This document shows, one piece after another, positions 38,551 to 47,800 of a DNA stretch of 64,000 bases (position 1 is its first letter; each line of letters opens with the position of its first letter). The notes under the pieces are model-generated. The model saw only the letters and a program-made list of their open reading frames with translations, ran no database searches and had not been told where the DNA came from. The translations under genes and the position numbers were made by a program. This DNA comes from an uncultured Clostridia bacterium (lineage in GTDB: Bacteria; Bacillota; Clostridia; Oscillospirales; QAKW01). Location: NCBI GenBank assembly GCA_944387895.1, contig CALXGQ010000005.1, forward strand, positions 12,365 through 76,364, in the 5' to 3' direction.

Positions 38551-39705
38551 ATGAAGGTATCTGTTGCAGAATGTAAAAGTTATAAGGAAGCCGAAGTGGC
38601 GGCGGCGCTGGAGGCGCTTTTGGCGCCTCTGGGCGGGCTGGACTGGGTAACGCCGGGCATGACCATCGGCATCAAGGCCAATCTGGTGACGTTCTTGAAG
38701 CCGGAAGCGGCGGCGACCACGCATCCCGCGCTGCTCTGCGGGCTGGTTCGTATGCTGCGGGCGCGGGGCGCCGGTGTGATCCTTGGAGATAGCCCCGGCG
38801 GCCTGTATACCCGGGTTTATCTGGAGCGGATTTATAACGTGACCGGAATGCGGGCGGCGGAAGAAGCCGGAGCGGAGCTGAACCACGATTTTTCGGTGCG
38901 GGAGGCCGCCTTCCCGGCGGCGCGGAGAGCCAAAAGCTTTTCCTATACCGGCTGGCTGGATCGCTGCGACGCGCTGATCAACTTCTGTAAGCTCAAGACC
39001 CATGGGATGATGTCGATGAGCGGGGCGGCGAAGAATATGTTCGGGGCGGTGCCGGGCACCGTCAAGCCGGAATATCATTACCGCTTCCCGGAACCGGCGG
39101 ATTTTGCCGATATGATCGTGGATTTGGACGAATATTTCAAGCCGCGCCTTTCCATCATCGACGGCGTAGTGGGGATGGAAGGAAACGGCCCGACGGCCGG
39201 AACGCCCCGCCCGATCGGCCTGCTGATCGCTTCGGAAAGTCCCCATGCCGCGGATCTGATCGGCAGCGCTGTCATCGGGCTGAAGCCCGGCGAGGTTCCT
39301 ACGCTGGCCGCGGCGATCCGGAGGGGGCTGATCCCCGATTCCCCGGAGGCGCTGGAGACGGCGGGCGCAGACTGGCGCGCTCTGGCGGTTCCGGACTATC
39401 AAAAGGTGCAGACGGTGCGCAGCCTGCGGTTCAACCGGGAGTCGGAAAGATTTTTCGGGCGGATCAGCGCGGCGTTTGTGGATCGGGCGCTGGCTTCCTA
39501 TCCCCGGCTGCAAAAAGACGCCTGCGTCGGCTGCCGGGAATGCCAGAAGGTTTGCCCCGCCCGGGCGATTGATATGGTGGAACGAAAGCCGCAGATCGAC
39601 CGGAAGAAATGTATCCGGTGCTTTTGCTGCCAGGAATTTTGCCCAAAGGGCGCTATGCAGGTGCACCGGCCTGTGCTCGCCCGGTGCCTGACCCGCGGCG
39701 GTTAA
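38551..39705 (+). CDS. DUF362 domain protein with C-terminal 2x[4Fe-4S] ferredoxin domain
   Basis: DUF362-like N-terminal region; CVGCRECQKVCP and CIRCFCCQEFCP cluster motifs; ATG 38551 (TTG 38548 also possible). Confidence 0.75.
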   Translation: MKVSVAECKSYKEAEVAAALEALLAPLGGLDWVTPGMTIGIKANLVTFLKPEAAATTHPALLCGLVRMLRARGAGVILGDSPGGLYTRVYLERIYNVTGMRAAEEAGAELNHDFSVREAAFPAARRAKSFSYTGWLDRCDALINFCKLKTHGMMSMSGAAKNMFGAVPGTVKPEYHYRFPEPADFADMIVDLDEYFKPRLSIIDGVVGMEGNGPTAGTPRPIGLLIASESPHAADLIGSAVIGLKPGEVPTLAAAIRRGLIPDSPEALETAGADWRALAVPDYQKVQTVRSLRFNRESERFFGRISAAFVDRALASYPRLQKDACVGCRECQKVCPARAIDMVERKPQIDRKKCIRCFCCQEFCPKGAMQVHRPVLARCLTRGG

Positions 39706-39750
39706 AAGAAAAAAGAAGCCCGGCGGCGCGTCTGCGCCGCCGGGCATTTC
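39705..39750. terminator. bidirectional terminator (better U tract for minus-strand tcdA)
   Basis: GCCCGGCGGCGC-GTCT-GCGCCGCCGGGC preceded by AAAAGAAAAAAGAA. Confidence 0.7.
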
Positions 39751-39769
39751 CATGCCTGCCGCCGGGGGG

Positions 39770-40492
39770 TTATCGCGGGATGTCCGGATCCGTTTCCCCG
39801 CTCAGGATCCGGCCGACGATATGCTCGGCCAGCTTCATCCCTGCAATGGCGGGGACATAGGAGATGGAGCCGATCACCTGCCTGCCGCCTTCCTCCATCG
39901 GGGCGGCGGGGCGGAGGGGATCCGGGGAATAAAGGCACCGCACCCGGCGGAACTGCTCTTTTTTCAGCAGGGTCCGCATTTTTTTAGCCAGCGGACACCC
40001 GGCGGTACGGTCGAAATTGGCGATTTGCAGCCCGGCCGAGGTCAGGCGGTTGCCGGTTCCCATGCACATGATCAGCGGGATCTGCCTGGTGCGGCAGAAC
40101 TGCGCCATCAGCAGCTTGGCATCCACGTCGTCGACGCAGTCCGCCAGAAACGTAAAATCCTCCGGCAGAAGCTGCTCGATGGTATCCTGCCGAATCCAGC
40201 CCTGCCGGAGGGTGAGCTTCAGCCGGGGGTTGATGTCCAGCATCCGCGCCTGGGCAGCGGCTGTTTTTTCCCGGCCGATGGTGGAGGATAGCGCCAGAAA
40301 CTGGCGGTTGCAGTTGGTTTCCGCGATGCGGTCGCCGTCGATCACTGTGATGCGGCCGACGCCGGCCCGCACCAGACCCTCCAGCGTCGCGCCGCCCACG
40401 CCGCCGATCCCGGCCACCGCCACATGCGCCGCCTGAAGACGGCTGAGCCCTTCCGCGCCGATCAGCGCCTCGGTGCGTAAAAAGCGGTTCAT
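39770..40492 (-). CDS. tcdA: tRNA threonylcarbamoyladenosine dehydratase (ThiF/E1-like)
   Basis: Start at MNRFLRTEALIG (40492); Rossmann VAGIGGVGG; TcdA/CsdL-like length. Confidence 0.8.
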   Translation of the reverse strand: MNRFLRTEALIGAEGLSRLQAAHVAVAGIGGVGGATLEGLVRAGVGRITVIDGDRIAETNCNRQFLALSSTIGREKTAAAQARMLDINPRLKLTLRQGWIRQDTIEQLLPEDFTFLADCVDDVDAKLLMAQFCRTRQIPLIMCMGTGNRLTSAGLQIANFDRTAGCPLAKKMRTLLKKEQFRRVRCLYSPDPLRPAAPMEEGGRQVIGSISYVPAIAGMKLAEHIVGRILSGETDPDIPR

Positions 40493-40542
40493 ATAGCCTG
40501 CGCCCCTTTCACTTTGCCGCCGGAGCGGCGGCTGGTCGATTG

Positions 40543-40730
40543 AAAAATAAATGCCCCGCAGATGCCGTGGACTGCACACTTTGATCCCTAACCGTAGTTA
40601 GGTGGGTTTTTGCCGGGTTGGCTTCACAGGCTTCCGACAGTGGGCCGGGGCCCAGAGCCGGCGTGCTCACAGCGCCCGAACGCATTCCCGTAGAAAAAGT
40701 GTAGGCTCAAAACAGTGCAGGGTCACGCAC
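40543..40730 (-). ncRNA. ssrS: candidate 6S RNA
   Basis: About 190-nt ORF-free interval. 5' ACCCTGCGGTGTGCGTGACCCTGCAC... pairs imperfectly with 3' ...GTGCAGTCCACGGCATCTGCGGGG. The centre contains GTGAGCACGCC and TCGGAAGCCTG, resembling the conserved 6S core as I recall it from E. coli. Confidence 0.6.
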
Positions 40731-40762
40731 ACCGCAGGGTATTTTTTTGGTTGATGGGAAGG

Positions 40763-41068
40763 TTATTCTTCGCTCTCGTCGTCGATGTCGTATTCCTCGC
40801 CGAGGGCTTCTTCCAGAAGGGGAAGGACTTTGGCCAGCTCTTCGCTGTCGATGGTCACAAAGATCTCCTCGCCGCTGTCGTCCTCAATGGCTTTCAGCAC
40901 CACCAGCTGGCCGTCGCTTTCCAGCTGCGCCTGAGGATCGTCGAACTGTTCGACCAGGCCGACGTAGGTGATCCCGTCGCAATCGACGCTGCCCAGCAGC
41001 TCAAATTCTATTTCCCGCCCGTCTTCATCGGTCAGGACAACAAAGTCGTTTCCGTATTCGTTCGCCAT
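40763..41068 (-). CDS. DUF1292 family protein
   Basis: 101 aa acidic protein; FVVLTDEDGREIEFELLGSVDCDGITYV typical of DUF1292. Confidence 0.8.
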   Translation of the reverse strand: MANEYGNDFVVLTDEDGREIEFELLGSVDCDGITYVGLVEQFDDPQAQLESDGQLVVLKAIEDDSGEEIFVTIDSEELAKVLPLLEEALGEEYDIDDESEE

Positions 41069-41147
41069 GGATGGTGCTCCTTCTCACTTCTTTGGTATTA
41101 TTCTAACACATCTTTGGGAAAAAATCAATTGGTTGGGGCAGGAAATA

Positions 41148-42782
41148 TCAATCGGGGAAAAAGCAGGTAAATTCGGAGCCTTTGCCGAAGGTGCTTTTGA
41201 CCTGAACGGTTCCGCCCATTCCGGTCACGATGGAGTGGACGATGGAAAGCCCCAGCCCGGTGCCGCCGGTTTCGCGGGAGCGGGCCTTATCCACCCGGTA
41301 GAATTTTTTAAAGAGATGCGGAAGATGCTGCTTTTCGATGCCGATCCCCTCGTCGGCCACCGAAAGGAGCACGCCGCCTTCGGTCTCCCGGAGGGCGATG
41401 GTGATCCGGCCGCCGGGATTGGAATATTTGATGCTGTTGCTGAGCAGGTTGAGGATCACCCGCCGGATTTTATCCGGCTCGCAGAGCAGCGTTCGCTGCT
41501 CCGGGAGGGTAAGGGTGCAGGCCAGATCCTTTTTCTGCATTTCCAGAAGCATGACGTTGGTGGTCTCGCGGATGATTGCGACCAGATCGGCCTGCTCCCG
41601 GGGCCCGCTGGGCGCAGCTTCGGTTTTGATCAGCTCCAGAAGCTGATTGACCATCATGTTCATCTGGTCGGCGGCTTTTTCCATGGTCATCAGAAACCGC
41701 TTTTGCTCCTCCGCGCTGAGCTTGTTTTCCAGCATGGTTTCACTATAGCTTTTGATGACGGTCAGCGGGGTTTTGAGCTCGTGGGACACGTCGGCGACAA
41801 ATTGCCTGCGCTCATTTTCCAGCGCCTCGGCCTCGGTGATATCGTCCAGCAGGAAGAGGGTCCCCTCGGAACCGTTTTCCAGCAGGAAAACGCTGCGGTA
41901 AATGCAGTAATAGCGGCCGTTTATCTCGGCCATGAACCGGTTTTCCCCGCTATGCTCTTCCGCAAAAATAGAGTGGTCGGGCAGGGGATCGAAGAGCAGC
42001 TTGAAGGCTTCGTTGCAGAGGATGATCACCCCGGCGGCGTTCGTGGCGAAAAGGGGCTTTGGGATATTGCGCAGCAGATCCTGAAGCATCTGGAAGTTTT
42101 TGGTGATATGGATCCCCATTTCGTTGAAAACCCGGGTCAGCTCGCCCACTTCATCCTTGGAGGTGATTTCGATCTGCTTGAAATCGCCGTTCAGCCGCAT
42201 ATCCTTTGCGCCGGTGGTCAGCCTGCGGATCGGGATGAGAAACTGCCGGGCGAAAAGATAGCTCAGCAGGGTGGTCAGAACAATGCCCAGCAGCAGAGCC
42301 TGAATAAAAAGCAGGATATAGGATTTGAGGGATTTGAACAGCTCGGTCCGGTGATCCACGATATAAAGGGTATGGCGGTTGTCTTTCAACGTCCAGGCAA
42401 AATCCAGCGTATCGCCGAAGGCGAAGAGATTCTGGTTTTTGCCGCCGTTGAGCACGTGGATCAGATTGTCGGTTTTTTTGATCTGGCCGCCGGTTACGCT
42501 GCTGAAAATCACCGTTTCATTCCGCAGGATATAATAGGTACGGTCGGTGCGCAGGGCGTTCAGACTGTCGCGGGTGGGGAGAAAGCTGATCAGCTCCGGG
42601 ATATTGCCGCGGTTGACGTTGAACTGCTCGATATCCAGCTGGAGCTGGTTCATCTCTTCATAGAAATCCCGGTTGTAGCTGATGGAGATCGTGGTAAAGA
42701 GGGTGACGCCGACAAAGATCATGATCAGCACGACCAGCAGCATCATAAAGCCCATCAGCCTCCGGCTCAGGTGGCGCTTCAT
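41148..42782 (-). CDS. sensor histidine kinase (TM-sensor-TM-HAMP-PAS-like-HisKA-HATPase)
   Basis: 544 aa; H-box SHELKTPLT, G-box GGTGLGLSIV, two TM segments. Confidence 0.9.
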   Translation of the reverse strand: MKRHLSRRLMGFMMLLVVLIMIFVGVTLFTTISISYNRDFYEEMNQLQLDIEQFNVNRGNIPELISFLPTRDSLNALRTDRTYYILRNETVIFSSVTGGQIKKTDNLIHVLNGGKNQNLFAFGDTLDFAWTLKDNRHTLYIVDHRTELFKSLKSYILLFIQALLLGIVLTTLLSYLFARQFLIPIRRLTTGAKDMRLNGDFKQIEITSKDEVGELTRVFNEMGIHITKNFQMLQDLLRNIPKPLFATNAAGVIILCNEAFKLLFDPLPDHSIFAEEHSGENRFMAEINGRYYCIYRSVFLLENGSEGTLFLLDDITEAEALENERRQFVADVSHELKTPLTVIKSYSETMLENKLSAEEQKRFLMTMEKAADQMNMMVNQLLELIKTEAAPSGPREQADLVAIIRETTNVMLLEMQKKDLACTLTLPEQRTLLCEPDKIRRVILNLLSNSIKYSNPGGRITIALRETEGGVLLSVADEGIGIEKQHLPHLFKKFYRVDKARSRETGGTGLGLSIVHSIVTGMGGTVQVKSTFGKGSEFTCFFPD

Positions 42783-43468
42783 TTCCCGGTCCCCGCAACG
42801 TAGCCGATCCCGCGCCGACTGAGGATATAGCGCGGCCGGGAAGGATCATCTTCAATCTTTTCCCGCAGCCTCCGCACCGCAACGTCCACGGTGCGGTCCT
42901 CCGGCTGGAGCTGGTCGTAGCCCCATACCGCGCGCATGATCTCGCCCCGGGAGTAGCAGCGCCCGGGATTTTGCGCAAAGAGCAGCATCAGGTGAAATTC
43001 CTTTTTGCTCAGCGCCAGCGGCGTGCCGTTGCGCAAAACTGTGCTGCTTGAAAGATCCAGCGTATAATCGCCCCAGATCAGGGGCGCCTCGTTGCTCAAT
43101 GTTCCGTCATAGCGCGCGAGGTGGTTTTTTACGCGCAGCATCAGCTCCTTGATGGAAAAAGGCTTGCAGATATAGTCGTCCGCCATGCGGCTCAGCCCTT
43201 CCAGCCGATCCTCCTCGGTGGTTTTCGCGCTGATGATCAGAATCGGAACGTCGGATCGGGAGCGGATGGTATCCAGAACCTCCAGACCGTTGAGCCGGGG
43301 GATCATGATGTCCAGAAGAACCAGATCGAACCGCTGGCCGGCAAAGGCCAGCAGCCCGGCTTCGCCGTCCGGCGCGGTGGCTACTTCATAGCCCTCCTTC
43401 GCCAGATTGAAGGCGATGATATCCGAAATGCCCGGATCGTCTTCAATTATCAGAATGCGTTTCATCAT
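42779..43468 (-). CDS. OmpR-family response regulator
   Basis: Start MMKRILIIEDD (43468, GGAGGTGA upstream); receiver DLVLLDIMIP; winged-helix C-terminus; overlaps kinase gene. Confidence 0.9.
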   Translation of the reverse strand: MMKRILIIEDDPGISDIIAFNLAKEGYEVATAPDGEAGLLAFAGQRFDLVLLDIMIPRLNGLEVLDTIRSRSDVPILIISAKTTEEDRLEGLSRMADDYICKPFSIKELMLRVKNHLARYDGTLSNEAPLIWGDYTLDLSSSTVLRNGTPLALSKKEFHLMLLFAQNPGRCYSRGEIMRAVWGYDQLQPEDRTVDVAVRRLREKIEDDPSRPRYILSRRGIGYVAGTGK

Positions 43469-43594
43469 GGTCACCTCCGGCTTTTTTCCAGTATACCATA
43501 AATCGGGGGGAAAACGCAACTTTAATGTGATTTTAATGTAGCGTCAGCCGGGTATGCTTTATAATGAAATGAGAGGATTCAGGGAGGTAGAGAA

Positions 43595-44455
43595 ATGTCT
43601 TATGTGATTGTAACGGATTCCACCTGCGACCTGCCGGCGGAATTTCGGGCGGCGCATCAGGATCTGCTGGTGATTCCACTTTCCTATTTTGTCAACGGCA
43701 GGGAGTATTTAGACGATGGAAAAGGATTGTCAAGCGCGGAGTTTTATGATATATTAAGGAATAAAGGAACGGTCACTACCGGTCAGGTGGGGATCTACAG
43801 CTTTTGCAGCAAGGTGCGCCCCTGCCTTGAAGCGGGGGAGGATCTGCTGTATATCGGCATGTCGTCGGGGATCTCCGGCTCCTTTCAGTCGGGGAGCTGC
43901 GGCATAACGGAGCTGGAGGCGGAGTTCCCGGAGCGCCGGATGATGGCGGTGGACTCCCGAAGCGGTTCCATGGGTCTGGGGCTGGTGGTGACCCTTTGCC
44001 TTGAGCGCAAGGCCGCCGGAGCGGCTTTGGAGGAAACGGCGGCATTTGCCCGTTCCTTCTGCGCCGATATGGAGGAATGGTTCACGCTGGACGATCTGAT
44101 GTATCTCAAGCGCGGCGGGCGGATCAGCGCAACAACGGCGGTGGTCGGGTCGGCGCTGGGGATGAAGCCGATCCTGACGGTGGACGCGGCCGGTCGTCTG
44201 GTACCGGCGGGCAAGGCCCGGGGTCGGGAGGCGGCGATCCGGCTGCTGGCCGGTAAGGTTCCCGCTCTTTCACCGGAGGAAACCATCGCCATTTGTCATG
44301 CGGACTGTCCGGAGGACGCCGAAAAGCTGGAGCGCATCCTTCGGGAGGAGCGTGGATTTGCGGGCCGGATCCTGATCGGATCGGTCGGGCCGGTGATCGG
44401 CGCCCATGGCGGGCCGGGCGTTCTGGCATTATTTTTCAGAGGAGCGAAGCAGTAA
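43595..44455 (+). CDS. DegV family fatty-acid-binding protein
   Basis: 286 aa; VIVTDSTCDLP start and SSGISGSFQS motif. Confidence 0.85.
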   Translation: MSYVIVTDSTCDLPAEFRAAHQDLLVIPLSYFVNGREYLDDGKGLSSAEFYDILRNKGTVTTGQVGIYSFCSKVRPCLEAGEDLLYIGMSSGISGSFQSGSCGITELEAEFPERRMMAVDSRSGSMGLGLVVTLCLERKAAGAALEETAAFARSFCADMEEWFTLDDLMYLKRGGRISATTAVVGSALGMKPILTVDAAGRLVPAGKARGREAAIRLLAGKVPALSPEETIAICHADCPEDAEKLERILREERGFAGRILIGSVGPVIGAHGGPGVLALFFRGAKQ

Positions 44456-44456
44456 G

Positions 44457-45137
44457 ATGGAGAAAATCCTGATCATCGAGGATGAGACCAATATCGCCCG
44501 GATGATCCAGCTGGAGCTGGATCGGGAGGGGTATGCCTGCGACTGTGTATACGACGGCGAGGCAGGGCTGGCCGCCGCTCTTGGTCAGGATTATGATCTG
44601 ATCGTTCTGGACGTGATGCTGCCCAAGCTGGATGGCTTTACCCTGCTGGAGAAGCTGCGCCGGGAATCCCAGGTGGCGGTGATCATGCTGACCGCCCGCG
44701 GCGAGCTGGACGACCGGGTGCGGGGGCTGGATCTGGGGGCAGACGATTATCTGGCCAAGCCCTTTTCCATGCGGGAGCTGGCAGCCCGGGTGCGGGCGGC
44801 GCTGCGCCATCGCCGGGTTCCCGGAAAGGAAACGGCCCTTGCGGTGGGCGAGCTGCGGGCGGACCGGCTGGCGGTGCGCGCCTTTTTCCGGGATGAGGAA
44901 CTGGCGCTGACCCGCAAGGAGTATGAGCTGCTGATCTACTTCATGGAGCATCCGGGCGTCGTTTGTTCCCGGGAGCAGATTTTGCGGGAAGTTTGGGGCT
45001 ACGACTATATGGGGGATACCAATCTGATCGACGTATATATCCGCTATCTGCGCAGCAAGATCGACGACCGCTTCGGCGTGCATTATATCCGAACGGTTCG
45101 CGGGCTGGGCTATGCCTTTGGTACGGCCGATGAATAA
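44457..45137 (+). CDS. OmpR-family response regulator
   Basis: Start MEKILIIEDE (ATG 44457); DLIVLDVMLP; winged helix RGLGYAF. Confidence 0.9.
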   Translation: MEKILIIEDETNIARMIQLELDREGYACDCVYDGEAGLAAALGQDYDLIVLDVMLPKLDGFTLLEKLRRESQVAVIMLTARGELDDRVRGLDLGADDYLAKPFSMRELAARVRAALRHRRVPGKETALAVGELRADRLAVRAFFRDEELALTRKEYELLIYFMEHPGVVCSREQILREVWGYDYMGDTNLIDVYIRYLRSKIDDRFGVHYIRTVRGLGYAFGTADE

Positions 45138-46779
45138 ACGGGAAATCAAGGCGGAATACAAACGCCGGAAAAAAGAGCTGAAATATGAATATAAGGGTGA
45201 AAAGAAGCGGCGCAAATATGCCTACCGGATCCGGAAGGAGGAGCTGCGCTATCAAAAAAAGACTGCTTCGGACGAGGCGCGCCGCGGCGTAAAAAAAGCC
45301 CTGCGGGCGGAGAAGCGGGAATATAAAAAAGAGGCCTATCTGCAAAAATCCATTTACATGGAAAAGCGGGGGAACCTGAAAAAGAAAAAGCGGGAACAGC
45401 TGGGCAGCCTGGTTCAGATCGTGGCGGAGCACGCGCCGGAATCGCTGGCGGGCAGCCTGACGCTGAGCTATATGCTGATCTTTCTGATTTTCGCGCTGCT
45501 TCAGGGGATGTTCGTCATTGCGGCCGCCTATTATATCGTGGACCGCCGCGCGACAGACAGCGTCCTGACGGTAGCCGCAACGCTGGAGGCCAGCGAGCTG
45601 CGGCAGGATGTGGCGGAGCGGCTGGCGGAGGAATCCGCCCTCAATATCGCCGTTTACCGGGAGGACGGCACGCTGGTCTACGCCTATGGTCTTTCCGGGC
45701 TGGAGGAGAGCCTGCCCTATAATGAAAAATGGGAGGAGCCCTTTTCCCACCGGCATCAGACAGAGCTGCTGCGGATCTATTCCAAAAAAACGGAGATGGG
45801 TGCGGAGCCGGTATGGCTGAATATCGCCAAAAGCATGAAAACGGAAACGGCGCTGCTTTCGGTGATCGTAAACCTGCTTCTGGTATCGGTGGTGCTGGCG
45901 CTGGGCGTCAGTTATTTTGTGGGCTACCGCACCACCCGGAAACTGCTGCGCCCCATCGGCGTGCTGGGCCGCGCCATGGAGGAGATGTCCGCCAGCCGCC
46001 TTTCCGACCGGCTGGAAACGGATAACATCCGCACCGAGCTGGTAGAGGTGGTGGAATCCTATAACCATATGCTGGATAAAATTGAGGACGCCTATGAGCG
46101 GCAGAAGCAGTTTGTGTCCGACGCTTCTCATGAGCTGCGCACGCCGCTGGCGGTGATCAGCGGCTATGCCGACATTTTATCCCGCTGGGGCGGGGAGGAT
46201 CCGGCGGTGCGGCAGGAGGCGGTCAACGCCATTGTTTCGCAGGCGGCGGGGATGCAGAAGCTGCTGGAGCGGCTGCTGTATATTGCCCGCAGCGAAAACG
46301 GCAGAGTGCGGCCGGAACTGGCGCAGGTCGAGCTGAGCGGGCTATGCGGCGAGGTTTTGCAGGATTTCCGGATGATGTACCCCGACCGGGACTTTCAGCT
46401 TTCCGGGCAGGCGTCGGCATGGTGCGATTCCAATTTGGTGCGGCAGATCCTCACGATCCTGCTGGACAACAGCGTGAAATTCACCGCCGCAGGAGGGCAA
46501 ATCCAACTCAACCTTTCGGAAGAAGGGGAAACCGCCGCCTTCAGCGTAGCGGATAACGGCGTGGGGATGACCGAGGAGGTCGCCGCCCATGCCTTCGAGC
46601 GGTTTTATAAAGGGGATAGCTCCCATAATGAAAAGGGCTTTGGCCTGGGGCTTTCCATCGCGAAGATTCTGGCCGAAGCGATGGGCGGCGGCATCGGCGT
46701 TGTTTCGGCGCCGCAGGAGGGCAGCACCTTTACCGTGACCCTGCCCAAAACCGGCACAGAGCCGGGAAAATCATCCTGA
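45130..46779 (+). CDS. sensor histidine kinase with long Lys/Arg/Glu-rich N-terminal extension
   Basis: Start MNKREIK overlapping regulator stop; H-box SHELRTPLA, G-box GFGLGLSIA; about 95 charged residues precede the first TM. Confidence 0.85.
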   Translation: MNKREIKAEYKRRKKELKYEYKGEKKRRKYAYRIRKEELRYQKKTASDEARRGVKKALRAEKREYKKEAYLQKSIYMEKRGNLKKKKREQLGSLVQIVAEHAPESLAGSLTLSYMLIFLIFALLQGMFVIAAAYYIVDRRATDSVLTVAATLEASELRQDVAERLAEESALNIAVYREDGTLVYAYGLSGLEESLPYNEKWEEPFSHRHQTELLRIYSKKTEMGAEPVWLNIAKSMKTETALLSVIVNLLLVSVVLALGVSYFVGYRTTRKLLRPIGVLGRAMEEMSASRLSDRLETDNIRTELVEVVESYNHMLDKIEDAYERQKQFVSDASHELRTPLAVISGYADILSRWGGEDPAVRQEAVNAIVSQAAGMQKLLERLLYIARSENGRVRPELAQVELSGLCGEVLQDFRMMYPDRDFQLSGQASAWCDSNLVRQILTILLDNSVKFTAAGGQIQLNLSEEGETAAFSVADNGVGMTEEVAAHAFERFYKGDSSHNEKGFGLGLSIAKILAEAMGGGIGVVSAPQEGSTFTVTLPKTGTEPGKSS

Positions 46780-46825
46780 AAAAAAGAGCGGCGCCGCCGG
46801 ACAGTATGTCCGGCGGCGCCTTTTG
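46780..46825. terminator. bidirectional terminator between convergent kinase and nitroreductase genes
   Basis: GGCGCCGCCGGAC-AGTAT-GTCCGGCGGCGCC flanked by A run and TTTT. Confidence 0.8.
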
Positions 46826-46851
46826 GCGCGCAGTTCTCGGGACAGTGCGGG

Positions 46852-47370
46852 TCAGATCTTCAGAATGCGGTTTTCTCTCCGGGGCTTTGCCTCCGGCGTT
46901 TCGCCCTTCGGATATCCTAAAGCCAGGCCGCCGATCCCCCGGAGGTTCTCGGGCAGCCCCCATTGCCGGAGCAGCGCTTTTCCTTCTTCCGTTTCAAACA
47001 TCTCCCGCGCTCTGTGGATCCAGCAGGATCCAAGCCCCAGCGCATGGGCGGCCAGCATCATGTTTTCCAGGGCGCAGCTCCCGTCCTCCACGCAGGTGGA
47101 AGCCGCCGGATCCGCAAGGGCAAGCAGGATGGTGGGGGCGCCGTAATAAGGCCCTTCCCGCCCCAGAATACTTCCGTTGAGCCGAACCAGCGCCTCGACG
47201 GTTTCGGGCTTTTGCGCCGCAATCAGAACCACCGGCTGTCGGTTCATGCCGGAGGGTGCGTAAAGCCCCGCCTCCAAAACCGCGTCCAGCAACTCCTGCG
47301 GCACCTGCTTTTCCTGAAAGCTGCGGATACTGCGGCGCGTTTTGATACAATTTAAAATCTCCTGTTTCAT
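46852..47370 (-). CDS. nitroreductase family protein
   Basis: 172 aa; TRRSIRSF FMN-binding start, nitroreductase fold pattern. Confidence 0.85.
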   Translation of the reverse strand: MKQEILNCIKTRRSIRSFQEKQVPQELLDAVLEAGLYAPSGMNRQPVVLIAAQKPETVEALVRLNGSILGREGPYYGAPTILLALADPAASTCVEDGSCALENMMLAAHALGLGSCWIHRAREMFETEEGKALLRQWGLPENLRGIGGLALGYPKGETPEAKPRRENRILKI

Positions 47371-47671
47371 GACCGGTTCCTCCTTATCAATAATCGTTTT
47401 TCATGATCTTCAGGCTTTGGATCCCGCCGGGAAAAATCCCGCCCTTCGCTTTTCCGCTTCCGGCGGACGTTTTCCCGTTCGGCTTCCGGCGTTTCCGGCG
47501 GGGATCATCCCTTCCGGTTCAGTACCGGCGGGGCGCTTTCATCCTGCTCTCGCCTTCGGCTTTCCTGCTCCCGGTTGGGGAACACGCCCGCCTTCCGTCT
47601 TCCCCCGCGGGGGCGTTTCGCTCCTTCCGGTTCGTCCCGGCAGGGATTTCCCGCTGATCCTGTTTGATTTC

Positions 47672-47700
47672 ATCATACCCCTTTTTGCGGGCGAGATCAA
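47672..47700 (-). promoter_or_regulatory. candidate promoter for the long nitroreductase leader
   Basis: Minus strand TTGATC (47700-47695), 17-nt spacer, TATGAT (47677-47672). Confidence 0.45.
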
Positions 47701-47800
47701 GGTGTTATTTGTAAAAGTTTTGTGCTGCCGCCGTGCAATCGTGTATGTTGCGGCAGGAAACGTGTAAACTGTTTACAGAAGCGCTTAGATTGAAAAAAAT

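Noticed and set aside
40543-40730. SRP (4.5S/scRNA) RNA instead of 6S
   Set aside because: The universally conserved domain IV sequence (GGUCCGGAAGGAAGCAGC-like) is absent. GTCGGAAGCCTGTGAAGCC is only a superficial resemblance. The end-to-end helix with a central bubble fits 6S better.
40968-42803. 611-aa plus-strand ORF
   Set aside because: Antisense shadow of the histidine kinase gene 41148-42782. No recognisable domains.
47342-47767. 141-aa plus-strand ORF in the nitroreductase/perR intergenic region
   Set aside because: It overlaps the nitroreductase start and is Pro/Phe/Gly-rich and driven by composition. No RBS. The region is treated as non-coding (see the GGA-repeat finding).
47763-47777. 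Perfect dyad TGTAAAC-T-GTTTACA, considered as a cre/CcpA or Crp/Fnr-type site
   Set aside because: The odd-length 7-1-7 geometry lacks the central CG of cre and the TGTGA/TCACA half-sites of Crp/Fnr. No basis to assign a regulator.
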